DNA of 53,167 bases from Intoshia linei (lineage: Eukaryota; Animalia; Orthonectida), in NCBI GenBank assembly GCA_001642005.1, contig LWCA01000113.1:1-53167 (forward strand), read 5' to 3'. This document shows, piece after piece, positions 36,231-53,013 of the stretch. The first letter of the stretch is position 1. The number at the start of each line of letters is the position of its first letter. Under the pieces are notes generated by a model, which saw only the letters and a program-made list of their open reading frames with translations, did not search any database and was not told the DNA's origin. Position numbers and translations under genes: made by a program.

Positions 36231-37631
36231 ATGCAAAACAAAATTCGGGACGACCTATATATGTCTTCATGGCTGAAACCTAGCCCAATTCAAAACATTG
36301 ACGAATTAATAAAAAACGAAGGAAATGACTCTAGAAATAGTTTTAATCAAGATTCATTATGGAATAAACATGCCAAGAACAAAGAATATTACGGAAATGT
36401 GTCTCCCGATTTCCATAAAAATTGGAATCAGCACAAAAATCGTAACTATAAAAAATCAAACGTTTGGAATTGTCAATTTTCAGATATCAAAAAAAATGGA
36501 TACAATTGCAATTCTCCCTTTAGTCTTGACCGAAAAGGTAATTTTATAAAGGAGAAAAATATTTACACTAAACACACTTTGAATTCAGGTGTACGAAGTG
36601 AATTTTACGCTGGAAATTTTAAATCAAACTATCAACTATTTGATAACAATCAAAAACCGGATGTATCCAGTAAATGTTCTACTTGGCGATACAAGTTTAC
36701 ACAATTTGATAGCGACAACAATTTGGACGGCTATGATTTAAGAAATTTAAACATTGATAATGGACCTTTTTATTTGAATAATAACTTTACACCACCAGAA
36801 ATGTCTCCAATTGAAAATTCTGAAACGCCACAATGTCAAGTAATTTTTATTTACCTACAGTGTAGATGTAGATTCTGTGATATAGAGTCACCGTCGAGTT
36901 ATTATAGAGTACAGGACTGTGGAAAGGACTAAGTGGAAATATGAGACACGGTCATCAGGGGATCTGTTTTAAATTAATAGGTAATGTTAGAAATTTATTG
37001 ACAGGGTTGGGCCTAATTTTTTTACTCCTTCAGGATAACATAACTTTAAAAGAGTTTAATAACCTAGGACAGGAGAATGAAACGGAGCAAGGTTCTAAAT
37101 TTTTTAAATAAAAATCTGTGGTATTACATGTGTTTTCTATGGTTATTATTTCGCTAATTCGCCAAAATTGTACCCAGTTCCCAGTTGGAAATACAAACAT
37201 TGATCAACTACTGAGAAGTTTTTAGTGAGAACTCGGTACTTATGTTTGTATTCATAAATTTTTAGACTCTACCAGATGAAACCACCACCACATATCCAAA
37301 TGATCAATATAGCACAGATTCTGAAATGAAACTTCTGGTTAGTATGGGTTGGAATGAAAATGAAGAACCGTATACGATCACAGAAGAAGACATAACAATA
37401 TTCCAATCTAAAATAAAGGGAAAGAAATTTTTAAAATGCGTAAATGGAGATGTCAAGCGCTTACCAGCATTTAATGATATAAAAAAAGAAAAAATTGAAG
37501 TTGCAAAAATGTTAATAACCTCACCAGATAAAATGTATTCTGCAACCTATGAATTTAGCACTAATGCATATTCCCACATTAGCAATGAATGTATAATTAA
37601 AAGATTGAAAGAGTTGTCGGAAAAAGAATAG
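36231..37631 (+). CDS. Vasculin/GPBP1-like protein
   Basis: N-terminal DDLYMSSWLK resembles vasculin 'HDF.P.WL'. The last exon 37266-37631, STDSEMKLLVSMGWNENEEPYTITEEDITIFQ, resembles 'E.RLL.EMGW.E....LTEDE...F'. The exon 1 donor at 36839/40 is in phase with the 37266 acceptor; any middle exons are uncertain. Confidence 0.65.
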
Positions 37632-37804
37632 TAGTTGTAATTTTAAACAATTCAAATTCATTTATTTAAATATGTAATAAATGTTAATATTATTTTGTGT
37701 TGACATGGTAAATTTTGTGTCTATGGTAAACATAAATAAATAGATAAAATCTACTATTTCGTTTTCTTTGACAACTAAAGAAAATATTCAACTTTACTTC
37801 ATTT

Positions 37805-40688
<2,884 letters not shown>

Positions 40689-41099
40689 AAAATTGGTTTA
40701 ATAAATTTTATTTTTGTTTTAATTTTAGTTGCATAATTGTAGACATTAATCTGTACGACAAACCTATCGCTATTGATCAAAAAATAGTGAGGAAGGATCA
40801 TTTTTTTTATTTAACCATTTCACTGCTTGTGCATTATGTTATTCACAGTAAAACAATTAAAATTTTACTGTTATTATTTATTGTGAACTAGATTCACTTT
40901 TATGTACAATAGGGTGTCACATCGTTTTTAAATTTTGATATTTTTAAAGACGTACCATGTGGACTAGATGTATTTTTAAATGCAAACAGATGTAAAAAAC
41001 CATTTTTGAAAAAAGTAAGTAACGACGTTGCGGTGATCAATTAAGTAATTAGATAAAATATTTGTAAATTTAAGTTTATTTTTGTATATTTCTAATANT

Positions 41100-41940
41100 T
41101 AATTAAAATTGCAAAATTCCGAGCGACATAAGTCTTCAGCACCTATAAAATAATACAATTAATTATGTTAATTAAATGAAAATATTGGATAAATATATAA
41201 AATTACTAATATTTAGTATTCCATCATTTATTTTTAATCACTGTTACAATTCTTCTGGGCAATGCTGCATAAAACCCTTAAATAATTTTTAGAGGTACGC
41301 GGTCCCATTCGTCGTGTATATATCTCCATATTTTTTCTAAGTTGACTGGATGTAGCTTATAAACCGTATCTTTCAAATTTTTCACATGTCTTCAATATTG
41401 TTTAAATCTGGACTTTGTACCGGGTCAATCTTTTAATTTTTTTATAAGATTTAAAACGGTTTGTTCTATGAAATTTTTTAAGAAACGGTTTCGACTTGCA
41501 ATTCTTCCATGTAATCAAAATCTATATAACACACGTTGCACCGTCTTTAAACTAGGCTGTTTGTAATGATGTAGTGTATTTTAACCTTTAATACTGTCAA
41601 GTAAGAGTTTTCTTTGATTCACTTATGATAATAGTCTCTTATCTGGCTGTCAGCATGCGTTTTCCATCAGATCTTGGCAAGTAAGCTATGCATAAACCCT
41701 TTTTATATTTTGAAACGCACATTGATAAATACGAAAAGTTTTATTTATATAACCCTGATTTTTTTCTTCCTTGCATTAAGGCACAGCATTATATCTTTTT
41801 TGTCACTTATTCGCGTCATTTACTAAACAAATAGTTATTTTTAATTTATTAATCATTAGTAATTTAAATCCTTTTCGTTTTTATGGATATTTAATTAATT
41901 TTAATTGAAATTATCACGGTGCTTAAGATTTATGTCGTCA
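41100..41940 (-). mobile_element. Second copy of the same Tc1 family (inner DRs, deleted transposase)
   Basis: GCGACATAAGTCTTCAGCACC (41123) and GGTGCTTAAGATTTATGTCG (41918). 41188-41406 matches 39736-39953. SPDLNNIED remnant. Confidence 0.78.
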
Positions 41941-42395
41941 ATATTTTTAATATTGTAAAAAAATGTTTGCAATCAATAGGAGTATTGTTTACTCCTACTC
42001 GTATATAGCAATATGCTTCTATTGATTGAAAACATAACCTTATTGCTGAAAACGTCTATTTTCAACACTGTAGTGTCATTTCAAAAAAAAATATGTATAC
42101 TCTGCGATTAGTTTTAAAGTAATTAAAATTATCGTAAATCAGAAATTGCATCTTCATGGTCAAACAAAAATCGCATCGCATATTATATAAGTTAGAATTT
42201 AAAAATAATTAGAGATGATAGTAATCCAGTTAATTATTTCACAGAAAATTTATTAATAGTTATTATTTATAGTAATTAGTTTAAAATTTAAATATAGGGA
42301 CGAAAATGTTCACATTTGTATTATTATAATAAATTTTAAGACATCCTCTTACGTTGTATTAGTTTTAATTAAAATGAACAACAAAGTTTAATATA

Positions 42396-45300
42396 TTATG
42401 ACAAAAACAAGGATTCTGTAAATTTAACATAATCGTAGCCATTTTTACTTTCATTTGATTTTTTAGTGTAACGAGGAAGTTTTCTAATACAATAATCGGC
42501 TTGGTCCTGCGTCAAGTTCTAAAATTTAAAAAATAGTTAAAAAGACGTGAAAATAGCACATAGAGAAATAAAAAATTAATTAAGAAGCTAATTCATTTAC
42601 ACAAAATGATAGAATTAATTTTAAAGATAAATACATGGATATACAAAACAAAACTAAATTAATTTTTTTTTAAAAAAAGCATATCGCATCATTATTTTTT
42701 TAATTGGATAACCAAGATATATAATAATAATAAGATATATAAAGTAAATATAGAGCACACATATTTAATTACACAAAGAAAAAGTTTTTTAAAATATACA
42801 CCTCTGTGTCACTATTGATTTAGAAAATAAATAAATTAACTGATGGAAATCATATTTATAGACACACTAAAAACAAAAAAATAAATTTAGCAACATTTGT
42901 TAATAATAATTGTACATGTACAATAATCAATGTATATATAAATTTATAATTCGACCATTCTTAAACTATTTGCATGAAGCCCTTCTTGGAAAACAGTCAT
43001 ACGGTGTGCGTACCTTATTTACCGCTTATTGAGTATATTGAAAATAACAAAATTGGTAAGAAAAAAGTCTAACCCTTTTATAAAAATTAAATTTACATTT
43101 CTAATTTCTTCTTCCGTAATATAATCTCCACCAGTCGATGACAAAGCTTTAAAAGCATCCAAAATATCATTCAATGAACCGACATTCTCTGTTTCACAAG
43201 TAACCATAAATGACGTAAAGCTCTGCAAAGTGACATGTCCACTTCTAAAAAAATTATTCAATAAATAATTAAATAATCATCATCATTATTACAATACGGT
43301 CAATTTTACAAATAAGCGTAGGCATTTAATAATGTTTCAATTCTTATTTATAAGCATGTAACTCATTTGTAATAAAACACGTTTTCCATCGTATCAAGGC
43401 AATAGTGTTCCTAAACTGTGTTTCCTTAAATCCACATAAACTTTAAACCTTAAACCGATAAAAATTTGACATTTACTGCATTGTTTAATTTACGGAATGT
43501 TATAAAAAAAAATTTAAATTATTATAAAATTATTTCACAAATAAAAAAACCTATTTGGATCAACAATATTCAAAATCTTGTCGTATTCACTACAATCACT
43601 TTCCGATTCCATTGATTGTCTGCGACTATCACCTTCATTTGATTCATCAGGATTAACTTTGCTACTCAAATCATACCCCAACGCCCTTAAACAAGCCTTT
43701 AATTCATCATGATCTAAATTTCCATCCTTATCCTTATCAAAATGTTTAAACATGGAAACAAAATCCCTAATAGTCTGTTCACTAACACCATTATTATTAC
43801 ACGCTTCAATTTGTTGTTCAATATTCAACTTCATTGACATGGCCAATTGATTCAATTGATCCCATTTTTGTCCAAGTTGAACAGTACTATGTTCCGTATA
43901 TTTATTATCCAGTATAAACTTTTTTTCCAACTTTGCTCCAATATTTTCAATAATTTGCATATTTTCTCTCAATTTAGAAATTTCAACCATTTTTTCAAGC
44001 GTAATATCCAATTGATTTTCCAGAGTACCACAAGCATCAATGAGCCCGATTCTTATATTATTCATATCGGCATTGAAAGTATTGGCACACCTTGCAAATT
44101 GACGACGTAGATTATCATTAACCTTTTGTCGTTCCATTTCACTCTTCAAATCATTAGTTCTACCAGTAATGGAAGAATTTAGGTTGGACCAAGCATTTTT
44201 AAAATAATTTATAGTAAACCAAGTATAAGGATTAGCCGCATCAGAAATTTTTGCAATTTTTTGATCAATATCCAACATTTTGGCGTAATCGTCCTTAGCT
44301 TCAACTAAAGACGACTCAAATTGTTTATGGTTTTCGACAAGTAAATTAACCTCTTCAATGCTGTTACAAGTTACCGGGTCAGTCAAATCCTCTTCTGCGT
44401 TTTCAAATCCACTATTAAAAGCTGAAGCCCGTTTAGCAAAACTCAAATACAGTTGGTCCAATTTGGTGAACTGTCTCTTGTTTGTATACAAAAACTTTTT
44501 ACGATCATCGGAAATTTTAACCAAATCCTTCCACAAATTAGTAATTTCATCAAAACGTATATTCACCTTGTCTAAATTACCATACTCGCCATCGGCAAAT
44601 TTTGTATACATTTCGCGTAATGAGGACATGTTATCTCTTTCAAAAGTCTCTATAGTCAAAATGATTGATTCTTGCTTATGAATTTCCAATTCTATAGAAT
44701 AAAAATCATTAAACTTTTCATTTGAATTAATGTGCGCCATTTTTTCCTTAATCCATTCTTCAATAAGATCCGATTTCCACAAAAATTGATAAAACATGTA
44801 ACCATTTTTAAGAGTTTCGTATCTATTTGAAGCCAGTTTTTTGAGTTGATTCAAGTCAGTGTTAAGTAAATGTATAGCCTCAACAAGTTCATCGTTTGAC
44901 ACAACGTCTTGTATGGAATCTGACAATTTTTTTGATTTGTCAGAATGCGTAGCAAAATCATTAAAGAAGGTTTCATGCTTTTTCAACATTGCTTGAACTG
45001 ACGTTATACTATCTCCAAAATCCATAGAAGACATGATATTAATTTTAGAATTATACCAGGATCTTTCTTCCGAAATGTTTACCAAAATATTTTGAATCTC
45101 TAGCGACTTTTTTAAAGTTTCATTTCTTTCTTCAAATGCCGTCAGACACTTTTCATATTCATTGTCAATTTTAGATATCAAATCGACAATTAAAGTGTTT
45201 GTTTCCGGATTCAAAACTTTGTCGTCGTATTGATTCAATTCATCATTAAATTTATCCAGAGTTTCCTTTTTGTTGTCAATTTCGGAGTGAATTATTTTGT

Positions 45301-48300
45301 GCTTTTTAATCATGTTTTGAGCTGCAGAAACGTCTTTACAGTAATTTTCTTGACTTAAGGTAGCATAAATGTTGCTTAATCTAGCATTTTCGTCAATAAT
45401 GTTACAAATTAAAAGATGAACATTTTTACATTGGTCTAGATTCTTTTTCTGATTCTCAGACATTTCGCAAATATTATGATATTTATCTAAAATGGAAGAT
45501 ATAACATCTTTAATTTCTGTGGATTCATCTTTATTAATGTCGTAAATTTCGTTGCAATTTTTTACAAGTAGGTTTATTCGATCTTTATATGATAAAATGT
45601 CTGCATTTAATAAAATTTGTTTTTTGAAAACTTTAAATGCATTCGAATAGTATAAGTCCATTACTGCAACATTTAGAGACTCTTCAGTCTAAATATATTT
45701 AATATTAAATAAGAACATATCAAATTTTTATATTTTAAGGTTGTTTCATTATTTTAGATCAGTGGTTCCCAAATTGGTCCACAGGAAATTATAAGTGGTC
45801 CACAAAAAAAAATTTAAATAAAATGCAATCGTAAAAATATTAATGTTCTTCCGTGGCCATTATGCTCACCGGATCTAAACCCAATATAATATATATGAGG
45901 AATAATGACTGGGATTGTATATAAAGATGAAATACAATATAAATGTTTTAAAGATCTGAGATCAGCCATAGAGAGCTTGGAATTCCATTGACCAACCCAA
46001 GGTTAACACCTTAATTGCAAGTATGCCTTCTAGAATTTTTGAAGTTATTACAAAGAAAGGTGGAAGAACTCAATATTAAAGTTATAAAATTATGTTTTAA
46101 ATAAATTATTGTATCTATTTTGCTGTAAATTAGAAAGCGTTAGAGCACTTTTGTCGCATATTTTTTTCGACTTTTTTTTCATTCTCAAATATAAAAATAT
46201 GTATACATGGACATATACATAATAATATATAAAAAAGTATACATAATTACACAATTTAAAATTCGGGGCAATAACTGATATACCATATTGTTTTAGTATT
46301 GAAAAAATTAGATTATAATTCCTTTTAGTTTTCCTTATATTTCAATATAATACAGGTGCTCTAAGGTTTGTCAGGGGTGTATAGCAAGTAAATTCTAAAT
46401 AATTTTCTAAAAACGATATTTTGATACAAATATTCCTCAACATCAAAAATGATATTTCAAAAAAGATTTAAAATCCCACAAAAAAAATATCTCAAAAACC
46501 ATTTCAAAAATATTTTTATCAAAAATTTCCCAAAAACTCAATATTATTTTAGTAATACAAAATGATAAAAATTGATAAAAATCACATCTCCAGAAATTTT
46601 AACACAAAAATTCCCCAAAATCTAAATCTAGTCAAAAACCTCTGTAAATTTTTTTCTCAAAATATTTTAAATCCAGTTAATTTTTGTAAAAAAATAATAT
46701 ATCGTTAATAAAACTTTAAATATTCCGTAAAAAAGAATATTTCCTCATAATACAATTTTTTCCCCAAAACCACCAATAAAATTTTAGTAACAAAAAATTA
46801 TCAAAAACCATCAAATCAACCTCAAAAACGCGTTAAAAAGATATTTAAAATATCAATATACTACATACAATGTAATATATTTTCACATTTCACTACTGCA
46901 TCACAACCAATTGTATATGTGCTAAGAAATAAATTGGAAACAAACTAAATGTACCCATCTCGAAGCTACCCACCACAAAATGAAAAATTAATAAATTCCC
47001 CAAAATAGGGCCCTAAAAATTTCGTCGACTGTACCTTCCCCTCGACATACATAACATTCTATCTTATCAACCCCAACATCCCCCAAGAGGTCTCTGGTTA
47101 GGCATAGAGTCGGGAAAATCACATTTTTTGTTTTTTGATACAGAAACAACATAAAATAAAATCTGATACAATAGTAAAGATTTTCAGTCAGCAGTTCTTA
47201 CAAAACGCCAACAGATATAAAACTTTACTATGTATTTTACTATTTGCTTGCGCGTGAAAATTGTTACATTAATTCAAAGTGCACCCTTAAACTTGAAAAA
47301 AGGCTGAGAAACACTGCAATACTATAACAAAACATAAAAATAAACATTATATTATATTTTTGAAAAAATAAAATAAAAAATAACCTCATCCAACCAAAAT
47401 TTAATTTCATTAATTTGACCAGTTAAATTTTCAACTTGAACTTGAAATTTGAGTTTATCAATAATACCCCGAGATGTATCACAAAGAATATCATACTTTC
47501 CTTGTAAATGAAAAATTTTTCCATCAATAAATTGTTTCTTTTCAGGGTATAAATTTTTTGCAAACAATTTTTCTGAAAAATCCTTCAACTTTGAAATACC
47601 ATTCTGTTGCAAAATTTCCTCAATACTACAATTATGCTTTTTAAACTTTTGGGCCGCAGAATCCAAATCCAAAGTCTCAATAGAATTTAAAACTTGTTCC
47701 TTATCACTAATCCAACACACCATATCATCATAATTCGAAAACCACAAATGAATTTGTTCAACAATTGCTACATTTTCCTTGTGATCCAACATGGAACTAC
47801 GAAGTTTCTGCCAGTGCTCGAGTAAATTTTTTTGTTTCTCAGACACATTATCCACAAACTCATCAATTAATTTTTTATTCTCGTTATCTAATTGACTTGA
47901 ACCCAATTGATCATTACCTTCAAAACTTAAATTTAGAGATTCAGATAAATTTTTACAATTAGAGATGAGTCTATTAGAAGTGTCATATAGAGCTTCAATT
48001 TTTTTTTGCTTCAAACTCATAGATTTACTCAAATCATCAAAAGCCCTCTGAACTATTTCTAAATCTTGATCTGCAGCACATTTGGCGTTATTTTCAATCA
48101 AATTTTCTTGTTTCTCCATCCACGCATTTATTTGATTGACATCGCGTTCATAAGTGCAAAACTCTAGTCGATTTTCGAGATTAAACTTTTTAGTAGACCA
48201 GTCCTTTTGTAAACTTTCGTTCATATTTTTTAAATTTGTTACAGTTTCAGAAATTTCATCACGTCTATCTTGTTGATTCTTCATCAACTCTAGACCCATA

Positions 48301-51300
48301 TCCACCAATTTTTTAAAAAAATTTAAAATTGAATCGATCGATATTTTTTGCTCCATGTGTATTTCAATTAAATTTTCAGCATGACACACATCAACAGCAA
48401 TTTCTTTCGTAAACATGTTTGAAATTTCAGTCATGTTATTAATCATGTAATTATAGTCTCGTAAATATTTTTGATAATTTTCAGACCTAGTCAAAGTAAT
48501 TTTCCTATCGTCATTAATACACTTTAATTTCTCAAGTTTATTGGAAATTAAATTAATTTTTTCATCCACAAAAACCTTGTTTTTCGATTCATGCTCAGAT
48601 ACAATTTCTCCAGTAATTTTGCATTTTTTGTACTTGTCATAAACTGCACTCAAATCTTTCCCGAACCCGTCATGTTTCCTTAAAAGTTTTTGAACTGACG
48701 GATAATCATCCCCGACGTTATTGGAAACGTTATTAATGTAACTAGTTTTCTGGTTGATCCAAGTTAAAATTTCATCTACATCCCGAACAAAATCGTTCAA
48801 TTCATTTTCTGAGCCCACGTTTTTCATGTGTTCGTGTGCCATACCTTCCAAAACTTTCCATTCATTGTTCAAATCCGCTACAGCAGATTCGACAGATACA
48901 TTATTGATTTGAATCTCCTTGATGGGTTCTTTTTTTTCATTAATATCATCCACTTTTTGTTTCACTACTAATATGTCATTTTTAAGAGTTTCTAAATGTC
49001 GTTGATTTTCCATATCCGATTTAACAGAATCCCTAGACTTGGACCCATCATCAAATTCTATATATTTTTGAATTTCACTATATTTATCCTTGATTGATTT
49101 TTGAGTATTTTCAACATCTCTCAAAATCGCATAAGCTTCAGAAAAATTTTTCAATTTTTCACCTTTACATTTATACTTTAAATTCATTTCATTATACAAA
49201 GAATGAACATAATTGAGTTTATCATTTAATGAAATTTTCCAAATTTTAGGCTGCAACTTTGCTTTTATAAATTTACCGACCCGCGAAGGGTTAAAACATT
49301 TAATGGGTACATACCCTTTCATTTCCTTGTCTAAGCTTTCCACTTTAACAAAATCTATTGCATCATTTTCCGATTTCACGAGACCAGACTCATCAATCGT
49401 GGTTGAACCATCAAGAATATTATAGAAATTCCCCTTAAAAACGGCAACATTATTATCACCAAATGAATCGTAATCACAGACGGCTTCTAAAATTATGAAA
49501 TCGCTTTTTAAGTCCTTTGGAATCTTGTATGAAGAAATTTGGAAATTCGAGTTTAACTTTGATATTTTATCGTCCAATTTAGATATCCAATCCTTCTTAA
49601 AAACCAATAAACATTTTTCAAGTCTCTTATTCATTTGATCAAGATACTCTACTTCATCCTCGTCGACTCCGACACTTTTTGAATTCGAAAAATCATTCTT
49701 CTTTTCATTCAACCAATCAATGGCACAATCACAATCCTCGTTAAATCGATACGATTCCTTTGCAGACGCCAAATTTTTTCTTTTATCTCCAATTGTGTTT
49801 TTAAGTTTACTCCAAGTCTCGGATAAGTTATCAACTTTAGACTTGATGACTGGATCCGCATCGCCATCTGTCCCTATAACTTGAAAATTTGAAGATTCGA
49901 CAGGGTCAATCATACTTGGAACAATCACATCTTCTTCAATCTCCACTTGACCATTCTCATCAGTCTTTTGAGGTCCACGTGTCTTTTGATCAGATTTAAA
50001 TTTAAATACGTCTGTAAACTTTTTATAATTTTTACCCTTACCATCATCATCCAAATAAACCTGACGATTTTCCAATTCCAATTCAAACAAGTCACAATAT
50101 TTTTGCAATTTTTCTACATCAGCTACACAAGTAACTTGATCAAAATTTTCAATCTTGTCAACAATAAAATTATTGCGGCTCTTCAACCAATCAATATTAG
50201 TTTCAATATTGTTGCAATAATTTTGAATATTAACACATTTCTCTACACCTTCCTTTTTAGCCCTTAATTTGGTCTTTAAAGCGTCATATTTCTCCTTCAA
50301 GTTAACAAAATCCTGATCCAACTGTTCAATCTCAATATTAATCGATTTTTCCTTGAGCAAATCTAAACATTCCGATAAATCATCAACAGTGCACTGATAA
50401 GCGTCAATTTCGTTTTCCAAGTTTACATAATTAATCAACAAAGTATTGCCGATTTTTAAATCTTCAACAGTAGAAACGTCTTCACCTTCCCGATTTTCAA
50501 TCTTTACATTCGTTTCGTCTATCCATTGCGCTAATTCTGTAAATTTACGTAAATATTGTTGATGAGATAACGATGAATTGATAATTTTTTCAAGAATTTT
50601 ACATTTAATAACAAAATCTTTCCATTTATCTTCCAATTTTATAACAAACATGGCCGCGTCCAAAGAAGTATAATTAACATTATCAAATTCTGGTAAATCG
50701 ATAATTTGATTCTGATCAAAAACGGCAATATCAAAATTCTTTTGCTCGTCCACACACTCATTAGGTAAAACTAAACAATCATTCAACGCACCCATGTTTT
50801 TACTCGGACGAATATCGGTTCCATTATCTGAAACTGAATTATCACCATTATTTTCAATTAATTTTTGAGTAGATTTCAAATCCAAAATTTTTTCATAATT
50901 GGCTTGCAATTCCATTTTAAAAGATTGATTCTTTTCCGACAAAATTCGTAAATTTTTAGTTTTAAAAGAAATTTTTTCAGTATCAAAATAATTTGATTTA
51001 ATATTAAACCAATCTCGTAAAATGTCATATTCTATGCCGAAATTTACAATTTTTAAATTAATTTTCAAAAAATCAAGACGATCGGAATACAAATTTGTTA
51101 AATTCATTAAACCATTCTCAATTTCTAGCAATTTGGATTCAATAGATTCAATTTTATCTACATTTTTTTCCTTCAATTCCAGGGAAATTTTTTTCAAATT
51201 TTGATAAACCGGTTGAGGTATATCGTTAAATTCTTGCCACATTGAAATTAATTCCATTTCATTTTCACAAGATTCACTATTATCGACAACTACATTTGAA

Positions 51301-52976
51301 ACGTGTTTTTCAAATTCACTTACTTTTAAATCAACCCACACTACAATCATTTTAGAGTCCTCCATAAATGAAAATATTTTCAATTTTGTATTATAAAAAT
51401 CATTCAATTGAACCCACTTATCAAAGGTTTCATCGTACATCGAATTTAATTTTAAAGTATTTTGAACCATTTGGGTCAATTTCTCAAAAGTAGAATCAAA
51501 TATATTAGACAATTCATAACAATCTTGACGTTTTATTGTACCTTCACAATCCAAGCCAAAACATTTCTTTAATCCATTCAAAGTTTCTTCATCTTTATTA
51601 ATTATACATTTTCTAGCTTGCAATTCATCGCCATATACGCCCAATTTGTTTATAAAAATTTTTGTCATTTTGACTTCACCATCATCAGGTTCTTGCATTT
51701 GCAAGTCCGTCATTGATTTTTGCAATTCAGATAACCATGTCATACTTTCCTGGTGCGATAAAATTAAACGATGATATTTTATATTTTGTTCTAATAAAAC
51801 GCTTTTAAGTTTCCATAAACTCATCAATGATTCATTGTTAATATTACATTCTTTAATCTCGTCCAAATTTGGATATTTTGAAATCAATTCCGATTTTTCT
51901 TGAATCAAATTTGTCACCTTTACAACCAATCCATCCAAAACTTGCTTCAACAAATTATTACGGCATGTATTGTTCTGACACTCAACAATAGTATCAATTT
52001 TAATCTCACTTATAACTTGTTGTCTTTTTTCAGAAATACGTTCATTAACGTCATCCACCTTTTTCTTATATTCGAGATAATCAAAACGACAACCCAAACG
52101 ATTTCTAACATTGTCCAATATAAATCTCACAATTGACATACATTTCTCCAATTTCACAGTTTTTTCATCAATCACGTCTTTAGGCACGTTCTGGGAACAA
52201 CAATTATTCTCATTATCGGCCAAAATTGATGCACACCTTTTCAGGGCTTCACTTTTCAAATTAATTTGACTTGTATACTCTTTATCAAATTCAGTCAATT
52301 TAGAAATACAGTTTTTTATAGTCAGTTCATTCTCTTGTCCCGTAATATTCACAAATTGTAGCGTGTCAGATAAATAACTCAATAAATAATCATTTATATC
52401 GGAATTTTCAATTTCATTTCTCTTTTCATCTGTATAAAAATTACGACACCAATTTAATATCGAATCTACAGAGCAAATCCATTGCAAATATCCATATTCA
52501 AATGCCAATTTTAAATTTTTGCATTTGACCAATTCTTTAAGTCTATCGTAATTTAAATGCACTTTTTCCAAAGTTGGTTTTATTTCACTGCTTTTAAAAT
52601 GATTTGTTTTTAGCATTTCCTTCCCAAAATCATCCAGGTTTTTAATATTTGCAACGTAGTTTGCCAATTCCATTTCTAAATAATGGTGCTGATTGATACG
52701 AGATTGTGTTTCAGTGATATTTCCCAATTCTTGGTCCACCATTTTTTCCAGCTCCAATTCTATCCAATTTAGTATGTATTGTGCGTCTTTTGCGAATAAT
52801 AGATAGTTTTTGTTGTCTTTTAAACCCCTTTTTCTGTCATTTGCCTTTTTTTTTAAAAATTCATAGTTTGATAATGTTGTGGTTCTACGTTCTTTTATTT
52901 CTTTTGCACTTTCAAGTACTACTTGATTCAATTTCTCCTTTTCTATATCCATTTCATTATTAGAATCTTGTTCCAT
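42396..52976 (-). CDS. SPTAN1: Alpha-spectrin, ~2666 aa, 4 exons
   Basis: Exons 47385-52976, 43551-45688, 43097-43244 and 42396-42518 total 8001 bp in frame. N-terminal EIKERR..L..Y helix, spectrin repeats, central SH3, FAKRASAFNSGFENAEEDLTDPV.CNS, NPYTWFT, DNKYTEHSTV.L.QKWDQL and EF-hands FKHFDKDKDGNLDHDELKACLRALGYDL. Confidence 0.96.
45850..46379 (+). mobile_element. Tc1 3' remnant in spectrin intron 1
   Basis: PWPLCSPDLNPI* at ~45851; terminus GGTGCTCTAAGGTTTGTCAGGGGTG|TA. Confidence 0.75.
46390..46860 (+). repeat. G-depleted, strand-asymmetric low-complexity tract
   Basis: Degenerate CAAAAA/AAAATATT/TTCCCC units with very few G on the + strand; a similar tract lies at ~16400-16690. Confidence 0.55.
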
Positions 52977-53013
52977 CTAAATTTAATTAATTAAAATATA
53001 TATATAATAAACA

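Noticed and set aside
43847-52963. Plus-strand ORFs overlapping spectrin
   Set aside because: Antisense shadows of a long coding sequence
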